64,000 nt of DNA from Amoebidium appalachense (GCA_963693365.1 CAVNZM010000009.1:7731408-7795407), one strand, 5' to 3'. Positions 48,449 to 61,717 are shown, counted from the stretch's first letter. Program-made: numbers and translations. Notes: generated by a model not told the origin, from the sequence alone.

Positions 48449-49053
48449 GGTGGCGTTTGGTGTGAGTGCGACGGCTGTGTGCTGTGTGGACTGAGGGGAT
48501 GAATGGGCGCGAGTTGTTTATATACCCCTCCGTGTTTTCCTATTTTGGTCATTACTTGGAGTGATCCGAGCCGGAACGTTCGGAGACTTTCGCAGGAAGG
48601 ACACAAAAAAATGTGTGTTCGGCTTCGATCATCTCGAATTCCTGACGGTGCGCTCCGAGCCAATAGAAATCAAATTGTATTTGATTGGACACCTTATCCT
48701 CCAATGGAAAGAACTATCTTGTAGCTTAATTTGTCGTTCGATCTTTTTAGAAAATTTGGATCCTGAGTCTGTGTAGAAACAAGTGTGTGCGTTGAAATCA
48801 TATCTGTCCTCAGAAAGAGAATATTTACTTTTTTGGGGAGTTACGTGCACATAAGAAAACAAAAGGCGTCAAGCCACTGCACAAAAGCAGCACTACTGTT
48901 GCACCGGTCTGTTAGGTTGATGCAAATTCCGTGCAAGTGGGCTGCTCAAAAACGTTTTCATTGGTCATTCTTTTCATAGAACAGGTATAACGCGCCGATT
49001 CATCCCCTCAGTCCACACAGCACACAGCCGTCGCACTCACACCAAACGCCACC

Positions 49054-49206
49054 ATGGGAAGAGACCACGGAAAGAAGGCCGATGCCCCCGCCGCCCAGGC
49101 TCCCGCCAAGGCTGAGGCCGCCCCCGCCCCCGAGTCGCCCAAGAAGGGCAAGAAGGGTGACGCCACCGACTCGCCAAAGGGCGGCAAGAAGCACGGCAAG
49201 AAGTAA
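49054..49206 (+). CDS. 50-aa SPKK-motif mini-protein, copy 2 (G18A variant)
   Basis: Same ORF and 5' leader as copies 1 and 3 with two nucleotide differences (GCT CCC GCC vs GCC CCC GGC). Divergently oriented from copy 1. Sequence diverges immediately after the TAA. Confidence 0.75.
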   Translation: MGRDHGKKADAPAAQAPAKAEAAPAPESPKKGKKGDATDSPKGGKKHGKK

Positions 49207-49610
49207 TTTTCTGTATTGATAAGTAACTATGCTACAGATTCATCCAGCCAGGCTCACACATGTGACGGCTCGGCGTAAACGGCGGTACTACAGCAAAAGA
49301 TCTGCCTTAGCTGTGCAGCTTTTCGGTGTATTTTCTCGTTACACAGCAGCATCATCTTTGATTTGTTCACTTATGAATTCGTGCCGCAGTGCGGCTTGGG
49401 TACAGTGTATCCCGTAAAAAATATAAAGTCGAACGGTAGTAACCTTTGCTATGTTTGGGGAAAAAAACACAACATGGCGTGACCCTCAACGATCGGCCAC
49501 TACGAGCACGCATGGCACACACCCACACACCCACACACGCACATACACACACGCACAAATACACACACACACACACACACAGACACACAGTGTCACTGTG
49601 ACCGCGCACG

Positions 49611-49676
<66 letters not shown>

Positions 49677-49856
49677 CACGTGTGCACACACGTGTGCACA
49701 CACACACAAACAAACGTTCAATACACGAAATACACACACCGTGGCACATGTACAACCCATTTTGTCCACACACCCACAGGCACGCCAACATGCGCACGCA
49801 CATGCACACACACACATGCACACGCACACGCACGCACGCGCGCGCATGCACGCACG

Positions 49857-49925
<69 letters not shown>

Positions 49926-50091
49926 AACCACACACACACACACACACACAACCACACATACACACACACACAAACACACGACACACAAACACAATGCAAA
50001 ACCCCCTCTTTTGCCCACGTCGTCAGGGATGACCTTTAAATGTTGGGTTGAAAAAAAAAGAGTGATGGTGGTGGTGGTGGTGGTGGGGGGT

Positions 50092-50122
<31 letters not shown>

Positions 50123-50444
50123 GGGTGCCTAAACTATATGGGGGGGGGGAGGGGGGGGAGGGGGAATTACGAACCTGAACTTCATACCGGACGTAACGGA
50201 GCTGGTATTGGCTAGGATGAACCTTAGATCAGTGGCCTGCCTGGACCTCTGACGCTCTTTGATGAAAATTTAAGCCCCTCCCCCCTTTCCCCCCTCCAAC
50301 TCCTCCTCCCCCCTTCCCGGTTCCTCTTTTTTATCGGGTTCTCGTTAATTTTCTTTTTTGACTGAGTCTGTTTTCTTGTTCTTCCTTTGCCGAGACTTAC
50401 TCTTTTTTCTTTTTATCTTTTTTTGTTTTTTGTGTGTGTTGCAA

Positions 50445-50484
<40 letters not shown>

Positions 50485-50543
50485 GGGGGGGGGGGAAGAT
50501 AACTTGGGCGGGAAGTCCGATTACCAAATATATTACCCCCCCT

Positions 50544-50574
<31 letters not shown>

Positions 50575-50655
50575 CTTCTCCCCCTTCCCCCCGCCCCCCC
50601 AACCCCCACCTCAAGAATCTCCCAAACTCAGAGGTATAATCACGGGCCACAATGT

Positions 50656-50734
<79 letters not shown>

Positions 50735-51011
50735 ATGTGTGTGTGTGTGTGTGTGGGGTGGGGGGGGGAGGGGGAAGGGGATGGGAAAGCAGCCCGGGCA
50801 CCATATGCATGTAGCAGGAGGGCAAAAAGATCTATCCCTCTTATTCCGGACTCTGATCACGAAAATCATATTCAGGCTCTTTGTTTGTGGGGTTACCCCG
50901 ATTTCCGTTCAGCCTGCAGTTTAGCTTTGATGTCTGTCTGACCCCCCCCCCCCCCCCCCACCTCCCCCCCCACCCCGCCCTCCCCCTCCCCCCAACTGCA
51001 GCTGCCCCTCC

Positions 51012-51049
<38 letters not shown>

Positions 51050-51392
51050 TCCCTCCCCCCCCTCCCCGCCCCCCCTCCCTCACTATGCATATGGAACCCC
51101 AACCCCGTGCACCACATGCACCAGCGAAGAACAAATGCCGCTACTTGCCCTTTCCCCCTCCCGCCCCCTCCCCAGCCCCCCCCCCCCCCCCCCCCCCCCC
51201 CCCCCACACGCACACACAAACACTTTTCCCTTCATTAAGTCTGCCCACTGCGGCTGCCCACAGATCTCTTGCCTCCGGGAATTCACTCCAACCACAACCA
51301 CCGCAGTCACAACAACCATAACGCACGGCCTTCGTTTCGATTACGCGATTTCCCATTTGCATCTCCACAACCCATCATTATGATCATACACC

Positions 51393-51431
<39 letters not shown>

Positions 51432-51727
51432 ACACACACACACATACACACACATGTACACACACAAACATTCCGTACACAGATATTGTACATGTGCAAG
51501 TACATATTGTCTCACATGTTCATAACACAAAGGCCTACATATGTGCGAGCGAACTCAGCCTGTCGTGCAAAAGTGTTCACCCATCCAGTGTGCACAGGCC
51601 CACACTCACACAGACCGTAATACATGTCACGCACGCACTCATGGGCACACACACACACACAGACACACGCACATCTGTACACGCTAGCGCAGACACGTAC
51701 GCGTGCATACACAACACACACACAATG

Positions 51728-51762
<35 letters not shown>

Positions 51763-51897
51763 ACACACACACATATACACACGCACACACATGCGCGCGC
51801 ACACACACACACATGCACAAGCACACATGTACACACACGCGCGCGCACACACACACAAACACACACGCACACACACGCACACACACACACACACATA

Positions 51898-51933
<36 letters not shown>

Positions 51934-52530
51934 CACGGAACACAAGCACGCTTATCGGTAACCACCCCCCCCCCCCCCCCCGCCCTCGCCTCCCCCCCCC
52001 CCCCCCCCCTCTCCCCACCTCCCCTCCCCCCCCCTCCCCCCCCCCCCCCCCCCCCCGCCCACCTCCCCCCCCCCCCCCCCCCCCCACCCCCCCCCACCCC
52101 CTCAACCCTCTCAAACCCTCGCCACAGGAGGGTACAGCTTGTTTTCGGTGGTCTCTTCCGGTGGTGGTCACAAAAATGACCCGGAGCTGTGGATTAGCGC
52201 TAATTCGAACGTACGGTGCAAACTGAGACGTCGAATCAGAGGAAGTAAGTGAACGGAAGTAGGTGGCTTAGATAGATAGATATGGGGTTTACACTGTTTA
52301 CTCGAGTCAAAGAGAGACCAGTCTCAGGTATGGGGGGTTTTTGCTCGGAATATCCCCTCAGCGGTATATCATGATCACGTACATAGATGTCGGGTGATGA
52401 TTATATATCAGGGTTTACTTTCTCTACGAGACACCATAAAGACTAAGAGAAATCAATTAGTTGGGGTCCCCCCCCCCTTTTTTTTTTCTCTTTTTTTTCG
52501 GGCTCCCCTGGGACACTCGGTATCAGCTGG

Positions 52531-52620
<90 letters not shown>

Positions 52621-52995
52621 TAGAATTTTGTAATGATGTGTTTCTCAAGCCAATCAATACATCTAACTTAACAGGTCGTAGTTACGCGTGTTTAGTATAA
52701 AATCAAGGATGTTGTAATTTCAGGTAGGCTATCTTTCTGGGTGTCTGTTTTGAATGTGGCGTGTGTGTGTTGCGGTATTATGTGGTCTATTAAACTACAT
52801 TTGGCGATACATGACCGTTTAAACTGGTGTGTGTGTGTTGTGTGGGCATGCAAACGATGCCACCTTATACTTATTAGATCTCCACTATAGAGCACGTGTA
52901 CAGTAAAAGCGTGGTATGTGATCAATAATACCATCAGCTAGAGAAATACCATTTCTACAGGAAGGTAATATGTATTTAGGTGTTACACATTTGCG

Positions 52996-53751
52996 AGTGC
53001 CATATTTGGCAATATGGTTAAGGCGGTCATATATAAAACGAGACATAAGGCTTAGTTTTTCAAGGTGTATGCTTTCATCGGGTCTGGTGTCGTGTGGTAT
53101 CTTTTGCGTAATTATCTTGTGATTGTGTAATGTCTAATAAGTAAGTGGCAGTTCAAAGTCACACGCACACTTTTGCGGGGTTTATTTGTATTTGTGCCCG
53201 GGGGAGAAGGAGAGAGAGAGGGAAGGAAAGAGGGGAGAGGTGAGGAGGGAACAGGTCGGATAGAGAAGACAGGGTGGGAGGGCAAATACTTCTTTAAGCG
53301 GCTTATGTGCTTATTGAATTTCAGCGCGAGGTGGGATACTCTAGCAGCTATTGGGACCAGACCATTAATCGAGAGCGTTACAGGCCCAGGTTTACAACAG
53401 TTGTTAGATAAAAAGGAGGCAACTTCTGCTTCAAGGAAATTTGCCAAGGGTTTAAGCGCTCTAGTTCTCTCTTTCTTGATCCAAGCGGCAAGAAGGGGTA
53501 AACCATATTCACACGCCGGGAAGACAAAAGTGCGAATAAATGTAAGTCTAATAGAAGGATGGAGGGGTGTGTCTTTAAAAATATTAACCGAGAAGAAAGC
53601 TAATCGCTTACGAGCCAGCTCTACCAGATCTTTTCGACCATATGGGAAAACATAACAACAACAGAATTAACCGGAACATTAAGATATTTGTATTCTGGAA
53701 CTATAGGTACAGATACAGTTGTTAGATAGAAAGGAGGCAGAGAAAGACCAA
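52996..53751 (-). mobile_element. 5'-truncated, decayed non-LTR retrotransposon (C-terminal end of RT) between 43-bp direct repeats
   Basis: Minus-strand translation gives VPIVPEYKYLNVPV (YKYLGV-like RT motif). After a frameshift it gives IRLTFIRTFVFPACEYGLPL (LINE thumb-region P..EYG motif). An identical 43-mer TTCTACAGGAAGG...ACATTTGCG lies at 52953-52995 and 53752-53794. Confidence 0.75.
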
Positions 53752-54428
53752 TTCTACAGGAAGGTAATATGTATTTAGGTGTTACACATTTGCGTGTAGA
53801 TATCCATCTGAAAGCTTCCGCTTCCCAGGCTTCAACGTTGCCTCACGAGGAAGCAGCTAATCCTTGCTATTTTCCGACAATTGAGGTGATGATCTATTGA
53901 ACAGCTTGAAAGATGTGTTTTCTTATTTATAAACCTACAGTATTTGTATATCAACTTAACGGTGTGTGCTACATTGTTAGTCAGCATGTACAAAGAAGCT
54001 GAACTGTCGCCTCTTCAATGGATGCGTTCCGGACCAATCGCTTCTCTGGTTGAAGAGCAACTTTGATTGGTAAAGTATTAGCCAATCGATAGCATGCGTG
54101 AGCCATTTTTGGTTCGAATTTTAAGCAATTCATTCAACACCTAGGTTGGTTCAGGAACTTCAGGCCATGCTGAACGACACATAGGAAATGAATATAATAT
54201 CATGCAAAAATAGGGAAATATCCACTGAAAGAGAGGGAAAAATCAAAATATTACTTTTGCAAAACCCGACTATTTCTGCATCAGGTTGTGGCTGCGGGAT
54301 CGTGCCATTCGTGTGCAAATATGCACATTTGATACAAAAATCTGCTGATCGAAATTCTTCTTGGTGCACAATACACCAATCGTATCACACTTGAGAAGAG
54401 CGGCACATTCCTTTCTTTCAACCAGCTG

Positions 54429-54464
54429 TATAAAAACCGGTCGCGCCCATTCATCCCCTCAGTC
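54429..54464 (+). promoter_or_regulatory. TATA box + initiator-like TCAGTC core promoter of mini-gene copy 3
   Basis: TATAAAAA begins 32 nt upstream of the A in TCAGTC; copy 1 has the same spacing. CCAAT boxes lie upstream (~54034, 54082, 54376). Confidence 0.6.
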
Positions 54465-54504
54465 CACACAGCACACAGCCGTCGCACTCACACCAAACGC
54501 CACC

Positions 54505-54657
54505 ATGGGAAGAGACCACGGAAAGAAGGCCGATGCCCCCGCCGCCCAGGCCCCCGGCAAGGCTGAGGCCGCCCCCGCCCCCGAGTCGCCCAAGAAGGGC
54601 AAGAAGGGTGACGCCACCGACTCGCCAAAGGGCGGCAAGAAGCACGGCAAGAAGTAA
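54505..54657 (+). CDS. 50-aa SPKK-motif mini-protein, copy 3
   Basis: CDS reads identical to copy 1. TATAAAAA at 54429, TCAGTC at 54459, GCCACCATGG start context. About 250-300 nt of 3' flank is alignable to copy 1 with many substitutions and indels. Confidence 0.8.
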   Translation: MGRDHGKKADAPAAQAPGKAEAAPAPESPKKGKKGDATDSPKGGKKHGKK

Positions 54658-56226
54658 GCTGCCTGCAGCGACCATGCACCGGCAAGAGCATATACGGCGC
54701 CAAGGGCATACAACTTGCCCTCCAGCCTGTGTGCTTCGACACGACATTTCCGAATAGGCCCGGCTACTGGGTTCATGCACGATTTTTGTTTCGAACGTCA
54801 ACATACTGCAAGCACACATGTCTAACTCAAAACGCTTTTTACAACATTGCTATGCAGTAGTGTGGAAGTTGTGAATGCGTGCCGCAGTGCGGTACTGAGA
54901 TATATTTTGGGGTGATTGCAGCCCAAATCAAAATAAAAATAGAAATGATACACAAAACTGTGTGTATGTTCACATGGATACGTTTTCAGCAATGAGTGGA
55001 GGTCAAAAAGCATTTGCAGCTTCGGGGTCCAAATTTGGTGCGACACGCGTGTGGCACAGCTCAGTGCGTTTGTCGTAAGGGTGCGCATGCACATCTGTTT
55101 GCAAGTGTGTGTCTTCATACAGTCTTTTTACGCAGGTGTGTGTGGGTATCCATGTGTGCGTGCGCATGCGTCTGTCTATTTGTGTTTATGTGTGTGTGTA
55201 TGTGCGCGCGCATGATGTGTGTGTGTATGCCGTGTTAAACACGGTATGTGTACACATGTCAATCACAGTTGTTACTCCATCCCCCGACTGTCCACCCTCC
55301 CACACACACATTGCCCAAACAACTCTCCGCCTTCTCTCCCTCCGCTCCCCTCAATCACTCTACCCACCCTTACCCCCTCCCTCCCCCTCTCCCCCCTCTC
55401 CCCCCTCTACCCCTGACCCTCCGTGGAGACTCCAGACTTTCTCTCTAATCTCTCTCCTTCATCCCACCACCTCCCCCCGACTTTGCTGAGGCCCTCTCAT
55501 GTGCACTCCCTTCCCCCCCCCCCCCCCCTTCCCCCCCCCCCCCCCCCCGCTCCCCGCCCCGCGCAACCCCCCCCCCCCCCCCCCCCCCCCCCCCTCTCCC
55601 TCTCCCCTGGGCCCTTCTTACAAGTTTTCCTCAACACCACCCAAAGCAAAACAGAAACATTAGCCTCCAATAACACCCCCCCTCCCCCCCCCCTCCCCCT
55701 ACACCCAACCCCAATCCCCCACCCACACACAATCACACACAAAAAAAAAACCACCCACGTGTGACACCACCCACCCAGTAGCCCGTTGGTAATGCCCAAA
55801 AATGCCTTCACTGGCACAAATTTAGCATATGCCTGCAAACAGCAAACACCAAAAAAAAACCTCCTGAGACATGGGGTCCCCGTACTTAAGGACTTTTTTA
55901 CCAGTTTCATGATCCCGTGAAAGGAAGCAGTGGTATTACGAAGTACGATTGTTTACCATGTTACGAGCCCGGCCAGTAGGGTTGGTTTAATAATCTCAAG
56001 GTCTGGCTGGTTACCAACCAAAACGACGGTGGTGTGGTAAAAGACGTCTTTTCTAAAACCAGAAATTACCAAACGTTTCATGCAAACAGCGAGTTATTAC
56101 CTCACTTTATCGGTGCCAACATGGCACGCTCAGTCTATCCTAATATGCAGCAGCCTGAACCGTGTGTGCGTGTGTGTGTGCCTGTGTGTATGCGCGCATG
56201 TACGTGTGTGTGTGTGTGTGTGTGTG

Positions 56227-56295
<69 letters not shown>

Positions 56296-56800
56296 AGTGT
56301 GTGTGTGTCCGTGTGTGAGCGTGCGGTCACTTGGGTTGGTGTGCATCCATAGAAAGTTGTTGCACACAACATTTGTGTGTGAATGTGTCCGTCACAATGC
56401 TTTTTGTGTGCGCATATTGTGCACGCGTGTGTCACACTGAGGTGTGAGGTTGATGGCTGTCACATTTAGAGTTTAACCCACATCATACGGTGCACATAAG
56501 CCCAGGGCTTCACTGTGTTCATTTAATTCGATTTTCAGCTAAAAGTCTCAATACAAGCATACCCTGCGACATACGTACACCAGTCGACCCGCAAATACAG
56601 TCCCAACAATCCATACACCCGCATACACCCACCAAGAGAGTCAGGTACGTATTAACCAACTTCCTAGCCCCCCCCCCCCCCCCCAAAAAAAATAAAATAA
56701 AATAAAATAAATATGTAAAATAAATAAAATAAAATAATAACTTCCTCACACACTAACACACAGACAAACACAAATGATATTTGTGACACATGTGCGTGCA

Positions 56801-56855
<55 letters not shown>

Positions 56856-56856
<1 letters not shown>

Positions 56857-57952
56857 AGGACCCAACCACATCGGCTGATTCAACTTGCTCCGAGCAGAGT
56901 TATTCTGCAAAAAGCAGAATTATTCTGCAAAGAGCGGAATCATTCTGCTAAACATTGCAGAGTTATTCTGGAAAAGCAGAATCAATCTGCTGAAAGCAGA
57001 ATATTCTGCATAAGCAGCATCATTAGACAATCTGCTAAAAGCAGAATCACTCTGCAATCAGCAGAATCAATCTGCTAAAAGCAGAATCAATCTGCTAAAA
57101 GCAGAATTAGTCTGCTGTAAGCAGAATTATTCTGCTAAAACCAGAATTATTCTGCTGTCGAAAGCAGAGTTATTTCTGCTAAAAGCAGAATTATTCTGCT
57201 GCCGAAAGAAGAATTATTTTGCTAAAAGCAGAATGATTCTTCTAAAAGCAGAATAATTCTGCTAAAAGCAGAATGATTCTGCTAAAAGCAGAGTGATTCT
57301 GCTTTTCATGGGATACTTAATTTATGTTTCAGTCAATGTATGTGCCTATCTTTGATTGGTTGTAGGGGTCCTGGAGGAGTGTTACGGAAAGCTCAATGTT
57401 ACAAGCTGATTGGATTAAAATTAATGAGTCTGGTTCTCAGCTTGGAAAGCGCCATGGCTATGTAATGAATGCTCTAAAGATAAAAATGTGAGTAAACCTA
57501 CTGTGTTTTTTGTTATTTTGTTTTTAGGCGGGCAAAGTGGGTTTCTAATCTCACTGCTTGGCTGTTTTTTTGGTTACTCTTTTGCTTGTGGCTAAACTGC
57601 ACAGGCAAACATGCGCTCAGCCAATCGCCGCAACCGTTGAACCGTTTGCCTACTTCATCAAATTAAAATCTGATTGGTCTAAATTAATGATTAAACGACC
57701 TGACCAATCGGGTATGGCGCAAAAGTACGTCACTAATCTGAGATGATTGGTCCGGGTATGGCGTGAAAGTCAATGATTGGTTGGAGGTAAACAGGTTGAA
57801 ACATAGATAAGGCTTGGGTTGTGCCAGAGTGAGTCCACTTTTGCAGAATAATTCTGCTTTTTTGCAGAATAATCCCGCTTTTTGCAGAATAATTCCGCTT
57901 TTGCAGAATAATTCTGCTTTTTGCAAGTTGATTCTGATGTGGTTGGGCCCTC
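56856..57952. mobile_element. Non-autonomous TIR DNA transposon, Sola2-like (GAG...CTC ends, 4-bp TSD ACAT)
   Basis: Left end GAGGACCCAACCACATC...TCAACTTGC; right end (reverse complement) GAGGGCCCAACCACATC...TCAACTTGC. ACAT at 56852-56855 and 57953-57956. Subterminal arrays of the near-palindrome GCAGAATTATTCTGC at ~56897-57303 and ~57843-57918. No transposase ORF. Confidence 0.75.
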
Positions 57953-58025
57953 ACATGCAGCACACATGCACACACGCACACATGCACACACGCATACATG
58001 CACACACGCACACACGCACACACGC

Positions 58026-58130
<105 letters not shown>

Positions 58131-58277
58131 CACACAGGAAAGAAAACAACAAAAAGTAGGAAGAACACCACTCCACCCAATATACACCACCCGGTTCCAG
58201 ATAATTTCCTACCCATCCCGAACCCTCAAGCACCCCCCCCTCAAGCACCCCCCTCCAGCGACACACACGTACGCAAG

Positions 58278-58310
<33 letters not shown>

Positions 58311-58324
58311 GCATGCACACACGC

Positions 58325-58402
<78 letters not shown>

Positions 58403-58466
58403 GCACGCACACGCACACACACACGCACACGCAAGAAAACACGCACACGCGCGCGCGCCCACATGC

Positions 58467-58556
<90 letters not shown>

Positions 58557-58562
58557 ACACAG

Positions 58563-58593
<31 letters not shown>

Positions 58594-59231
58594 CACATAC
58601 CCGCAACCACACTCTGGTACACACATGCACACAGCCAGACAGACATAACTGCACGAACTGGCACCGTGGCACACAAACCACACGAAAGAGGGAGGGACAG
58701 AGAAAAGGAGGAGTCTGAGAGAAGAGAGAGAGGGGGAAAGGAGAGAAAGAGAAAGAGAGAGAGAGAGAGTGTGTGTGTGACTCAGTGTGTGTGTGTGTGT
58801 GTATGCATGTGTGAGAAAGAGAGAGGGGGGGGGGGGGGGGGGGGGGGAGGGAAGGAGAGGGGGGGAGGGAGAGGGAGAGAGAGAGAAAAGGGGGGGCGGA
58901 GAGAGAGAGAGAGAGCTAGAGAGAGAGGGAGGGAGGGAGGGAGGGGGGAAGAGAGAGAAGGGGGGGGGGAGAGAGAGAGAGGAAGAGAGGGGGGACGGGG
59001 GAGAGAGAGGGAGAGAGAGAGCGAGAGAGAGAGAGAGAGAAGAACAGTACACACAACTCGATCATGTTCGCTGCACGAGTGCTGAGGCCTCATGATCAGG
59101 GTGGCGATGAGGTGCCCGGCTCGAGATGAGCGGAGGGAGGAGTAAACACACATACAATGTTCGAGGCCTATTGGGACGTCGGACGCCGGACACGAATGCC
59201 CAAGGGCCTGCCCGTTTCTGTGTTCTTGCGT

Positions 59232-59269
<38 letters not shown>

Positions 59270-61717
59270 GGAGGGAGGGGGGGGGGGGGAGGGGGGGGGA
59301 GGGGGGAGGCCGGTGATGGGGAAGGGGGGGGGGGGGGGGGCCTTCGGAATGTCTCGAAAGCATTTACCGCGCTCTGACCTGTGAGCCGCCCCGGGGATGG
59401 CACAAGGATTGCACCTAAAGAGGCCGCCTAAATAATGTAGCACTTTGTATGCACAGTATGTGAACTGCACAAAACTAGCATCGTGCATAAAAAATTAGAT
59501 TTTTGAGGCTGACTTGACGTGTTGGTTTATATTCTTCGCCAGTAGGATGGCTTTTTGTCAGTCAACACGATGGCCGCTCCGCTGCTCCAGGCTGCCATCC
59601 CAGTGGTTCCCCGCAAACTCCAACGCCAGGGCGTCGTGGAGCCAAACATTCACTAGTAATGCGTAACTTAGTGACACGTTAGTGCCGTTACATGTATATT
59701 GTATAAGTGCTTTAGACATTGGGTAAAACCAATTAGGTACAAATTACTAATTTATCAACAACAGAACAAAAAAAGTTGGTCCGCAAAAGTTTTGATGCTT
59801 GTATCCAGGTAGACGGTATGTAGATTTAGTAAAACCCGCTTACTTGTAAAACCCCCAAAATGGGGTGCTTCAGGAGGTGTTCTTCAAAATGGATAGGACA
59901 TCCAATCAACTTGAAGTCCAGGTCGGCTCGAGAAACAAGTTGCTTTTTTCCTTCAGTGAGAAGTAGCGCATAAGCATTTTAATAACTGTTTGTTCTATTA
60001 TAGGTCAATAAAAATCATTCATTACTTAACATTTGAGACAACGTGTATTTTTCCGCAATGTGATCTAAGATCTTTCGTTGCCATGGCGCGTTGGCAGTCG
60101 GGACAGCAAAAGAATTCACACCATTACTTTTACCCCTCTCCAGAAAGCCAATCGTATACGGCCGTGGCTCATCCCACAGGTATATAATCAACAGCGCCCC
60201 CGCCGTTCTGTTTGTGTTCGTTCGCTGAAACAACACCCTGTGCCGTTGTGGGGTGGCGGGTGGATTTGGCGGAGTTGCCAGGATGGAGTGGCAAGGTAAC
60301 AAGCCATAGTCTTCCGCTTTCCTCTTTTGCTTTGGTGATTAGAGAGTACATGCGGGCCCACGAATGAATGAATAAAGGCATTTCTGCAATTGAGAGTGTA
60401 AATGTGCACGCGTGGTGCTGTTGCACAGATTAGGAAAACGGACGTTTGCATGGTGGCTTCTGTTGTGCACTTTCGAAACTTCGCCTGTTGTCGTCAATAC
60501 TTTTCAGTTTAAAACTGAAGAGTACCTTTTGAAATGATTTACTTACAAACCTCGTTGTTCACAGATTTACTTACAAACCTCGTTGTTCACAGAACCTCAA
60601 GAGTGGTGAGGCGGCTTGCTGCACTATGACTACAAGGCCTGCTCAGAGGTGTGGGTGATGCCTTCCGAAGATGTCCCCGTCCACCCAGCACAGTTTTGAC
60701 GATTATGTATGCCAGGCGACGAAACCTGGAATCTTCGGGAATTATCTTCCTGTACAACAATTAATTCTACCATGACGGAATATTATCTTCTTCTTACCGC
60801 CTGAAGACGCATAGAATGTCTTAACCTATTTTGGCATCTACGGATCCGACCAAAAATTAATTTACCGTAATAACGAGACTTTTGAGTATGTATGTTGTGG
60901 CAATGGAAAAAAGTTAACAACAACTTGTAGGTTTGTGTGCAATGCCAGGGTTTATGAATAATGGAGATAGGACCATGTGCAAATACCATGTTATTCTTGA
61001 CTTTTTTTTTTTGTTTTCCTTTTCCTTTTCTTTTTTTTTGTTTCTCATCACTTCCTGGTGTACTTGTAGAAGATTGCTTTTAATTTGGGCATATGGGTTT
61101 AGTTTATGTTTCGGGGGAGGGAGAGGGAGAGAGGGAGAGCGCGAGAGGGAGAGAGGGAGAGAGGGAGAGAGGGAGAGAGTGTGTGTGTGTGGAGAGAGAG
61201 AGCAAGGGATGGGTGAAGAGGAAATGGAAAAGGGTGTGTGACAGTGCCAAAGGGTGGAACAAGAAGTAGAGTATGAATAGAGAAAGAAAGGAGAAGGGAG
61301 AAAAAAAGAGAAGGGTGGAAAGGATTGGAAGGGAAAAGATAGGAGAGTAGGGGAACAAAGGGTAGAAAAAGCAAAATTTCAAAGAAAAAGAAGAGAGAGG
61401 AAACAAGAAGCTCGACAACCATAACTAGACGCGACCAAGCTACGGAAGTCGACAGATGGAAAAGGAAGAGAAAGAGGTGGGGAGAAAGGGAAAAGGTGAA
61501 CGGTTGGAATGGTTTGGATATGGAGATGGGGAATGGTCTGTGAACTAATTGTGTTAGTTTAGGTGTTTTTTGAATTTGAGCCACACAACTACGCCAAATG
61601 TATTTCCAATAATTTATTCCTGTGCTTTACCTTCTTCCATTTGCTAGATGTCTTTTTTTACTTTGAGTTTATTAGTGGTCCACGACACTTCATCCAATGT
61701 AATTCCAAAAGTTATTC

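Noticed and set aside
48162-48663. Longer overlapping ORFs around the mini-genes (48162-48494, 48235-48663, 54451-54819, 54459-54776)
   Set aside because: These are antisense or alternative-frame shadows of GC-rich codons; only the 50-aa frame has Kozak context, TATA spacing and conservation in all three copies.
53173-53655. 160-aa plus-strand ORF
   Set aside because: It is antisense to the recognisable RT remnant and has no independent support.
56897-57303. Palindromic short repeats as a CRISPR or iteron array
   Set aside because: No spacers; explained as subterminal repeats of a TIR element with matching ends and TSD.
59050-61000. Complex unique sequence that might hold the 5' exons of the right-end gene or another gene
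   Set aside because: I could not build a phase-consistent exon chain or recognise any motif; left unannotated.
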